A stretch of 64,000 nt of DNA from positions 63,922,001 to 63,986,000 of the forward strand of contig NC_042997.1 of the NCBI RefSeq assembly GCF_006345805.1, in the 5' to 3' direction. The translations under genes and the position numbers were made by a program. This stretch comes from Octopus sinensis. Its lineage: Eukaryota. The notes under the pieces were generated by a model. The model worked only from the letters and a program-made list of their open reading frames with translations, was not told the DNA's origin and did no database searches. Shown here piece after piece: positions 53,771 through 64,000 of the stretch. Position 1 is the stretch's first letter. Each line of letters opens with the position of its first letter.

Positions 53771-53928
53771 GAGTGTATTTTACCTTGTTAACAATTAACA
53801 CGGAAAAATAAATAAATAGTTACCAGGGCAGCAAAATTCTCACAAGTAAAGATGTTGTAACTCCTTGTTTATAAAGGTTGAAACTTCGTGTTTACGTTGA
53901 ATATTTTGAATATATATATATATATTTA

Positions 53929-53994
53929 TTTGATGAAAATGAAGAATTTTTAAACTTATATATATAAGTTTAAAAATTCTTCATTTTCATCAAA
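53929..53994. repeat. Perfect 66-bp spacerless palindrome
   Basis: tttgatgaaaatgaagaatttttaaacttatat|atataagtttaaaaattcttcattttcatcaaa; all 33 pairs checked. Confidence 0.95.
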
Positions 53995-55789
53995 ACGCTT
54001 ATGCATATATTAAATGGAAGAGCTTGTATTTTATCAATTTCTTTACTGAGGTCGTCGAACTTTTATTTTGAATAGTGCAGTTAAATAATGCGTTGTATCA
54101 TACAGATATTTAGCGCCGTTTTCTTAAAATTCCTATAAATCAACTATGTTAATCAATAGATACGGTTACTATAATGATGTATCGTGCAAACAAAGGAAGA
54201 ATTTATTACGAATATATTGCGCCACTCTGTAACTTGGGCGAACATTTCTGTCAGTTCGTATTTGTTCGAGAAATCTGAACATTGTTATAAGTTGTTGAAT
54301 GTTATTGAACTATATCACTGTAACCAATAGCTAACATCCTGTAATCATGTATGTTTGACTTTTCGAATTTGTGAGATTGCCACATCTACACAAGAGTTTT
54401 ATCAATGTCATTTGACAATTCTAACAGATATCCAACTATTGCTGAGAGAAATACATGAAGGTATATTACTTTTATAGAGACCAGTCATCACAATAAGTAT
54501 AATTTCATTTATAGCTGGCGTGATTGGAGTTTCCGTAACAGTAAGTGATATTCTATATTATGTTACATTCTCCATGGCAACTAAACAATTGTCGATCGGT
54601 TTTCATATTAATTGCTTAAATATTGAGAAGTAGCTTAGATTATTTCCTTTGTATATTGAAAAGAATTGGTAGGGACAGTGATAAACAATATATAAAGACT
54701 TCCTTGCATCGTTTGTGAAAGTTATTTCACTTCAGAGAAACATTTGTACCTTCTCTTTATTAAATGATGCGATATCTTTATATTTCAAGTTTTTAGATCG
54801 GCATTGAGGATTCTTTCACCTTCGTTCAACTTCGAGGCGCTAACCACAATATAAATATATAGGAAAGAAAATACTTTTATCTTAATGAAGAAAAACCGTT
54901 AAAAACTGATCTTGCTGAACGCCGTATAAGATACACTGAATATTTCTTGCATACTGGTATAAATAATTAATAGCATGGTGTACTTTACTTAATGATAAAA
55001 CATTCCTTAAAAGTCAACTCGCATAGAATGAAGGTTTTTTTCAATAATTTGGAAATGAAATATGTCATAATAGTTTTTGATTCAATAATATCATTCTATA
55101 ATAATTAGCATAATTTTTTAACACATTGTGGCTTCTGCTATCATAGTTACCTAAAATATTTTAAGTCAGAAACCATGTTGCCACTCATATATCAGTCGAT
55201 TTATAATCATTACCCTCAGTGGAGTCACACCATTTCTATCTGATTCTGCGTATTCAACAACTCCAATGGGGTCATTTCAAACTGAAAGATGAAGTTCGAG
55301 AGCAATAGAAATCCAAAGCGATTATCGTGAAATTCGATGGCAAGATTAAAACAAGAAAGAATTTAGGTTTATTGATTGAAAGTATTAAAAGCTAAATGCG
55401 TTAGTAAGCAGACACATTTAGTTGAAAAAGCAGTTCATTTTTTGCGCCTTGATTCGTGAAATCAACAAATATTGTATGAAATTTAAAATGCAGTTGATAT
55501 TAGATCGTGTTAAGTAGATCTAAACTCATAGCGAAAGCAACAACATAAGAGGTTAGCTATGAATATCTAGTATCTTATATGTATCTTATACACCGTTGAA
55601 TTAAATACTGTTGTCACACTTAGGCTAGTGTCCCTGCTTGGGTCCTTTATTTCCGTGATGCACTCTAAATTTGTGGTTCCATCATCATTGCTTACGTGTT
55701 GGAAGTTAATATTCAATTTCTTCTTACATCGCTAGGTTACAGTATGACTGAAAGCTTGGAAAGGGGAAGTGGCAGAGGCAGTAGCGAAA

Positions 55790-55995
55790 TATCGTCATAT
55801 AAGGCAATGCATACGCTTATATTGATAGGGTTTTTCTAAGGTTTGTCAACATAATCTTTTGGATTTCTCTGAGACATTATTTTCCTGGGATGTTATCTAG
55901 ATGTTCTGATTTCCCTTTTTGTATCATACCTAGGGCACCTACAATAACAGAAACAGTCCTTGCTTCAAGAGGCCACATCTACAAATATTTTTGTC
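55790..55995 (-). mobile_element. 3'-end fragment of an old R4/Dong LINE
   Basis: MWPLEARTVSVIVGALGMIQKG (REL C-terminal VPVIVGALG motif); adjacent to the TAA tract at 56035. Confidence 0.7.
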
Positions 55996-56034
55996 TTACA
56001 TAAAACCTAATAAATATTATTATTATTATTATTA

Positions 56035-56041
56035 TTATTAT

Positions 56042-56100
<59 letters not shown>

Positions 56101-56109
56101 TTATTACTA

Positions 56110-56162
<53 letters not shown>

Positions 56163-56165
56163 TAA
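56035..56165. repeat. (TAT)n/(TAC)n microsatellite
   Basis: Read directly from the sequence. Confidence 0.97.
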
Positions 56166-58045
56166 TGTTTTTGCACAACTTCGAACACTGGAGATGTACT
56201 ACGGTGCCAGCTATATTTTTCGAGCATCATCCGGAGAATCCGAGCCGTTCCAAGCAGTGCTTGTTTCTGCTCCACCCTTATTGCAGCCCTATTTGTGACA
56301 TGTACTTCTAAAGATTTATACTCATTGTTCCCAGGGCTCCGACAGTTATTGGTACTACCACCACCTTTTTCATCGACCACAACTGCTTAACCTCTGAAGT
56401 TAATCTATCATATCTATAGACTTTTCTTTCTTCCTTATCGCACACTTTGTTGTCAGCTGGGCTTGCTATATCTATGATCCAGCATCGTTTCCTTTCTTTC
56501 TCAATTAACACTATGTTTAGTTTCCTATTCCCTATCTTATTGACGCACTGAATCATAAAATCCGATAGAATCTTTGCATTATCATTTTCGATGAAGCCTT
56601 CGGGTTTATGTTCGTACCGCTTTTTTACTCCGTCAAGTCAATACTTGTTGCAGAGTGTCCAATGGCCAATCTTTGCTATATTCTCATGACGTCTCTTCTA
56701 TTCTTTCTGGGCTAGCGGTGCACAAATTCTGCACTAATCATTTTCTGGTGTGTCGTGTATTCTGCATTTGATGTTTCTTAATGCTTGCTCTTGCGCAGCA
56801 CAAGTTAGAGCCTCCGTTTCCGGTTTTAAATCAATTTTAGTCATCTATACTCATCTTTTTTCTCTGTCTGTCTTATCTTCAACATTTCTAGAGGTTGTCG
56901 AATCTCTTCTGATGTGCTCTGAATAAACTATTCTGTTAGTATCCCTTCATTCTTTGATCTTATCTTACTATCGTTGCTTTCTTTGCAATAAGGCGCTGTT
57001 TCAGTTCCTCCATTACCACTTTCAAACCCTTTCTTTCAATATCATACTTCCTGTTCATTGCCCAGTATTTTTATTTGCTTGTAAGCTAGCCCTTCTCTTT
57101 TCGGTCTAACACAGAAATGTTCCTCGAGAGCATATCTAACCCCACCTGTATTCTTCTTTCCTACCATGGATCTTTTCTATTGTCACTCCCATTATTTTTA
57201 TTTTTATTTACATCAACACCCACATTTTCTGCTACAATACTTGCTTGCCTTGGTCAAATTATTTGTTTCTGTTATGTTATTTTTTTTATGTATTTCAGAA
57301 TTTCATTCACATTTTTCGGTTTTTCGTTGAACTTCCACTGATCAACCTTTTTAAGGTTGCAAAAATGTCGTTATCGTTCTCATGTATCTTCGTACGTTAG
57401 CTAGTTTATTAGGGTTCATTGCTGTATCCAAGTCTATATTTATGTTATTTTCCTTCCATATTTTATATGTATGTGTTGTTGTGTTTTCATTTTTTGGGTA
57501 GAGCACTGCTGTGAAGTATGCGTGTAGGATAGAAATGTATTCCTCACGTGTCCATTTATGTCTTTTGGGTTTTATTTGCGGGACATAAGGAACAACGTCC
57601 GGCCCATTATTTTGACGGTCCGTTCATTTCTGTTGTCACATTGTTTTGCACGTGTAGTTTTTTGTACATTTTGTGTTGTAAGTTTAAAGTACGTACATCC
57701 GATTGTTATTCTTGGGTTAAATAATATCGGTGGTATTTAATTTCTTCGTAGTTCCTTTGTACATGGTGTTTGGGGTCGGGGATGATCTGGTGTTGATGGA
57801 TCGTAATGTTTCACGCATGTTTACACGTGTTGTGTTAGAGGTGGAGATGATATCGAGTCAAAATACATCCTTTCGTTTCGAAAAAAGTAGTAAATTTCAA
57901 TGAGTATTACTAACTCGGATACAGTCCGATCCTTTGTTAGTAAATCTTTGGCTCCATACGATGTCCTTGTTTTCGATGTTTGTGGATAGATTTCGGAGCT
58001 CTGTTTTATCGTTCTTACACCTTAAACGTCCCCCGGTGTCCTTAT
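56166..58045 (-). mobile_element. Internally deleted R4/Dong LINE (5' UTR and N-terminus joined to REL; most of RT missing)
   Basis: KWTREEYISILHAYF N-terminus; ETEALTCAAQEQALR; CWIIDIASPADNKVCDKEERKVYRYDRL...VVPITVGALG; QKQALLGTARILRMML. TAA/TAC tracts on both sides. Confidence 0.85.
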
Positions 58046-58072
58046 TAATATTATTATTATTATTATTATTAT

Positions 58073-58122
<50 letters not shown>

Positions 58123-58136
58123 ACAGTAGTAGTAAC

Positions 58137-58194
<58 letters not shown>
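58046..58194. repeat. (ATT)n-(AGT)n microsatellite
   Basis: Read directly from the sequence. Confidence 0.97.
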
Positions 58195-61100
58195 TATGTT
58201 TAACTTTTGCTTTCTATTTCTACAAGTTGAAAACAAGTCTCACCCAGAGACCTCAAAAAACAAGTTAGAAGTTGAAGCTGTTGTTTTGACTAGGGTGCCA
58301 TATCTTTGGTTTTGCACAAATTAGTATTCTAGAGAATGTCTAAGAATACATAAGAAAATTATAAGTTTGTTTTAAAATTTGAGATTACATAGATTGCATT
58401 TTACATAGGATATGGACAGTTCCCAAGGGCACCGATTTTGAAATCCTTCCATTTTTGGATTTCCTGGTAGCTGAACAACGAGGCAATCAGAGTATTTTGT
58501 TACCATTCCCAGGGAAGCTATGACAACAGGTATTGCTTTAGTTTTGAGGTTCCACGTTTTGCCAGTTTCTGTTTCAAGCTCTGTATACTTGCTCGTTTTT
58601 TTGGTAGGTTTTGACAGATATATTTATGTCGATTGGGAGAGTCATAAGGACGAGGTGGCACGATTTTTGTCTTAAGTCATTCAAAATAATATCTGGCTTA
58701 TTCGCATCTATCTGTCAGTGTGAACGGTGAAGTTCCAGAGGAATGGGATGTAGTCAATTTCAAGCAGTGGAAGTCGTTTGTGTTCCCACCAGTTTTTATC
58801 ATAGGCAGTTCCAAATTTTTACAAATTACCCAGTGAATATATTGTGCAGCTCTGTCATGTCTGTTGAGATACTCTGTAGGCGCAAGCAGACTGCATATAG
58901 AGACAATATGATCGATGGCTTCATTTTGTTGTTTACATACACAGGTTGGGCTACTGCCGTTCTTTAATATGATGGCCTGGTAGCCCCTTGAATGTAGGTA
59001 TTGATCTTGGGCTGCTATGACAAACCCTTCTGTCTCTGATTTTAAGCCAGAAGACACCAACAATTGACGAGTAAGAGCTCTGTCAACATCGGTATTATTA
59101 GCTCTCTTTGGGTATTTGCCATTTACCAGTATGAATATCTAAGATAGCACTTTTAGCACGGGTTTTCATACGCTTACCTCTTTTCTGTACTTGTTTCTAG
59201 TACGGCTAATTCTCGGATTTGTTGTATTTCGAATTCACTTAGATATTTCTTTCCTGTTTTGTTATTGAGTATGATGCTTTCTTGTTTTCATGCTTTAAGA
59301 CAAGTTTTAACATACAGTTATCAAAGCTTTTCAGTTAGGTGTTTAAGCTAATTGTGGTAATCTTTATTGTTAGTTCCAGTCGCAAAAGCCCACGTCATTC
59401 TCTTTCTTGGTAGGTAAAGTCGTTCTATATCTGCCTTAGGGGGGTGCATTCTATGCATTGTCAACAAGCTTTGCATTTTTCTGTCAAGATTACAGATTTC
59501 AGTAATTGGTCAGTTAATAATATTGAAACTGTAAGTCACGACTGGTATGGCTAAAGTATTGATTGCTTCGCTACTGTTTCGTGCATTTCATCTCTGTCCC
59601 GAGGATTGCACTTGCCCTGCCATAAAATTCTTTTCTGATATTTTCCCTCACCATTGAATGTTTGATCCATCACCTTTAAATACTCTTAGGTATTTGTAGC
59701 TCTCCGCTAATTCTAACTCCGTTATGACATTATGTCAGTCAAGATTAATGTTGGATATTTCTATCATTTTCCCTTTGATAAATGTAGCTTTTGCAAATTT
59801 ATCGAGGCCAAATTCTATCCTGATGTCATCACTGAACTGTTTAACAATTGCTAGTAAGTCCTGTGCTTACTGGCCATTTTTTGCCAAGAGAGATAAATGA
59901 TCCTGTAAAAGTGATGATTCCTATTTTTATCGAAAAATGTATATTCATACTGCATATCATTGTGCAATTTCGAGAGAGGTATTAAGGCTAGACAAAACAG
60001 GTGTGATGATAGAGAATCACCCTTTAAAATGCCATAGGAAATTCTTACATCTCCAGCATTGAGAGATTCATTGTCAATGTTCAAAGTCAGTGTGGTTTAC
60101 CGTGATCTCATACTCACGGGTAAGAAGTTTCACAGAGTAGGTGCTATTTTATAAATTTCCAGTCATTTCTTAATCCAGTTATGTGGTAGACTATCAAAAG
60201 CATTTTTATAGTCTATTCAGGCAATCGACAAGTTCTTGTGTTGTTTGTGACAATCTTCCAAGATCATCTTATTGATGAGTAGCTGATGTTTGCAACCATA
60301 AGACCCACGTTTACATCCTTTTTACTCATTAGGGAATATGCCATTTTTTATTAAAAAACTATAAGTGTATTCAGTCAAGACACATGTTAATATTTTATAC
60401 ATTGCTGTTAAGCAGGTTATGGGTCTATAAGTTTTTGGTTCATTTGTTTCTTCATTTTTTGGAAGAAGGAATGTAACACCACTAACTAGCCAAGGGAGAA
60501 TTGTACTAGGTTGTTGCAAAACATTGTTGTAAAGTTTTATTAGCATTTCATGACTCTCTGTGAAGACATTCGACCAGAAGTTAAGAATTTGATCTTTTCC
60601 TGGAGATTTCTTGATTACCTGAGAGCAGATCTTACATTCTCTACCTTGATACCTTCCCATTTTTGCTTTTCTAAGGAGTCTAAGTCATTAGATATTCTAT
60701 CAATCCAAGGGGCTTTTTATTGTTCGTATTTTCTTGTGGCCACATTTTATTCCAAAATTTCTGCACTTCTTTTGATGGGACAGACTTTATTGTAACTGGT
60801 ATTTTCCGTATCTTACTGTAAAAAAAATTGGAGTTATTTTTGAACATGTTGTTGCCCTTGAAGTATCTAACGCGCTTTTCATACCATGCTATGTGGGAAA
60901 TTTTAGCACATCTTTTGCTTGATAGTTTCTACGGTGGTATCGATGTCAAGTATGGGTTTCATATTATACTTTTTCTTTAATATTAGGGATTTTGTTGGCT
61001 TGATATTCTTGTCAAATAAAAATTTCTAAGTATCTATGTCAGACCTAAGAAACTGAATTTGGTATTGAATACACTCTTGCCAAATAGGGTTTTTGTGGGA

Positions 61101-62628
61101 ATGTTATCGTTTTCTAATCTTTTCACCACAGAGAATCCTTGAGATCTTGGCATATACATAGTATAGGCGATTCAGATTTGTAATATCAACATCATTAGCT
61201 GGAATTATATCCTTAAATGCAAGGCAGATTTTACCAATTACTTTCAGGTTTTGGCTAGGGTTGGGAGGTTTTGGGTGAATGCCACGTTCATTCATATGTG
61301 GTTTCTTTAAATTTCAGCCATTCAATCAGGATTTGATCTTTTAGATCATCTAGTCCAGTTGGGTCAATTTCTGTGTGAATTTCTTCATCTATATGACTTT
61401 CATCTGCCTTGGTGTTTATGGCTGGTTCAGAGAATATTTGGTCTGCTTATCAGTTACATTGACTCTTTGGATCATTATTGCATTTTCATCAGACTTGAGC
61501 TGGTCTGTAATTATTTCCTCATTAATATCTTCTTTAGTTGCCCCGTCGTCCCTTTTATCCCTTACTGATTGTATAATTTAGTCAATCTATAATTCAGTTA
61601 GTAATTTCTTTTTTATAATGTTTCTTCTGACGTTGACAATTTGTTACTATCTGTGTAGGATTTTACTTCAAGGTGCTTCTCTCTCCAGTTTCGGTAGGTT
61701 TATTAAGTATTAGATTTATTTGTGGGGAAATGCATGGCATAATAAAGGAGGCTTTAAGAACTCCTTTATTATATCCCCTTAAAAATTTTTCATTCTTTTT
61801 CATTTGATTATTTGCTGACGAGAGTGGATGGCCATGTGTTGGAATATTCCGGTTGTGTGGTACTTCCAGTTTCAGCTCCCATGTTTCTGGAAGATTCAAA
61901 CCAGTAGCTAATTTTTCGCACCCAGTCTGGCTCTTCACTGGAGTGCGTGGCCCTTGTCGACCCGGTTGACGGTGGCTCTGGTATGTATTTTGCTTTGTTA
62001 TCAATGAGGCATGATGAGCTCGGACGTTGACATCAGGGGATGGATCTGTCTATTTAGGGTTAAAGTTTTGTGACAACACCACCTCCGAGTTCTCTGAATG
62101 AAAACATGCTCGTAACGTAGCTTCTTAAGGCTGTGTTTTTTGTTGTTAACAGATTTATCTCCGGGCATATTTTCTTTGTGGTATTTTAAAACTTATGAAT
62201 TGTTCACTGTGTCTGTGTTAGTTCGAAAAAAATTGTTTCGTTACTGTTTTGCTTCGTTTATGACACATGCTTTGATATGCGTGTATGTGTGTCCTGCAAA
62301 TTACACGTAGTTGTGTAACCATCGGGGTGTATGTGTAGTCCTATGTGTATTAAAATGTGTATATTATTGTATGTGTAATTAATCAATTTACTTACTTACT
62401 GTCTTGTTCCACTTATATTTTATAGTTTGTAAACTTTGTGATGTTGATATCGCATGTGTCTTCGCACAATTTTCTCTGAGACATCGTGCATGGGAGAAAC
62501 AGTAAAATTTCGTTTTTTAGTGATTATTTTCGTTGAAAGGCCGTCTTCCACAGGTTCCTTTTTTCCCATTCCACCGATGTTATTAGAATAGATTTGTTTT
62601 TGTATGGAGAGCCCGGTGTAGCACGTCC
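58195..62628 (-). mobile_element. Near-full-length decayed R4/Dong LINE (same family as 1-370)
   Basis: KSPGKDQILNFW, TFLLPKNEETNEPKTYRPITCLTAMYKILT, DYKNAFDSLPHNW, GILKGDSLSSHLFCLALIPLS, SETEGFVIAAQDQ, C..C...EAIDHIVSIC (CCHC), RHDRAAQYIHW. Flanked by triplet tracts. Confidence 0.93.
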
Positions 62629-62732
62629 ATGTTTTTGTTGTTTTTGTTGTTGTTGTTGTTGTTGTTCTTCTTCTTATTATTATTATTATTCCTCTTCTTC
62701 TACTTCTTTTTGCTCATCATTATTATTATTAC

Positions 62733-62770
<38 letters not shown>

Positions 62771-62863
62771 GTAGTAGTAGTAGTAGTAGTAGTAGTGGCG
62801 GCAGCAGCAGTAGTAGTAGTAGTAGTAGTTGTTGTAATAGTAGTATTATTACTATTATTATTG

Positions 62864-62920
<57 letters not shown>

Positions 62921-62960
62921 GCATTATTATTATTATTATTATTGCTATTATTATTATTTA
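62629..62960. repeat. Compound (TTG)/(TTC)/(ATT)/(AGT) microsatellite
   Basis: Read directly from the sequence. Confidence 0.97.
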
Positions 62961-63791
62961 GCATTGTAATCAGTAGCCCTGTAGAATTATTAGCATGGTA
63001 TGCAATATATAATAGTATCCTTTTTACATTAGGATTTCAGAAAAAGACAAGCTCAGATTCACCGTCACACTGGTGACGAGTGAAGTGATAAATTCAGTTA
63101 CAGTGAATTACTGTAATCGGAAACCAATATGTGTAAAAATTATAAAAAAATTGATATAAAACTAGATTCAAGAAATATGTATGAACTACATTATGAAATG
63201 TAAATGGATATTGTGTTCAGACTTGGACCACATCTCTAAGCTTTCCTATTTTGTAGACGCGAATATAATAACAAAATCTCCAAATCTGCGACAGTTTTGT
63301 TCCCATGAGTAACAGATAGTGAATTTTCAACTGTATGAAAGAAAAGCACGATCATAATAATAACACAGAATGTGAGAAAGGTATGAAAGAGAACAAAACA
63401 CCGTTTAGCTTGTAAGATGTACTTTATTTACTGTTACATCTTAGTAAAAACTTAGGTCTTGTTTCTTAAACTTCCATTATCAAGTGAAATATTTCTTCAC
63501 CCACATGTGTTTATTGTTCATGACATTGAAAATCAATACATGTATAGACACAATTATGTATGTATGTATATATGTATTTATGTATGTATGTATGTATGTA
63601 TATATGTATGTATGTATGTATGCATGTATGTATGTATGTATGAATGTATGTATGCATATTTCAATATATAAATATTTGTATGCGTATATATATATATTCA
63701 TGAATATACATATATACACTTAAATATAAATTACACATATTTGTACATATACAGATACAAGTACATCCATGCATACATAAAAAACATCCAG

Positions 63792-63887
<96 letters not shown>

Positions 63888-64000
63888 ATGCGTGTGTGTA
63901 ATAAATATACTTGTGTATGTATGTATGACTATACATACACACGTATATATATATGTATACATGTGCGTGTGGGTGTGGGTGTGATTATATGTATATACAC

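Noticed and set aside
55250-55560. Possible hAT transposase C-terminal remnant
   Set aside because: No unambiguous motif or terminal repeat.

Overview
AT-rich, microsatellite-dense eukaryotic DNA, most likely Octopus. That call is an inference from the SINE families and repeat landscape. I found no credible host protein-coding exon, rRNA, true tRNA gene or CRISPR array; almost all ORFs in the supplied track are translations of simple repeats. The window is intergenic or intronic and full of transposons. (i) Six R4/Dong-clade non-LTR retrotransposon pieces are associated with (TAA)n tracts, including two near-full-length decayed copies (19440-22945 +, 58195-62628 -). (ii) There are several Penelope-like elements (PLEs); the best preserved is a 5'-truncated, GC-rich Neptune-type RT + GIY-YIG element (44625-48865 -) with a long CA-rich 3' UTR. 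(iii) There are Tc1/mariner, pogo/Tigger and Chapaev3 DNA-transposon remnants, MITEs and three tRNA-SINE families. The most interesting signal is non-coding: at least six type I hammerhead-ribozyme (HHR) motifs. One intact HHR sits in a 356-bp terminally redundant, highly structured unit (17189-17570) that looks like a non-LTR retrozyme or circRNA monomer. Two more sit in the arms of a ~330-bp foldback (16399-16729). The rest lie in small non-coding units or at PLE 3' ends. The Neptune 3' UTR also carries two GC-rich islands ~1.6 kb apart that are imperfect inverted repeats. All calls were made by eye; no database searches or folding computations were run.
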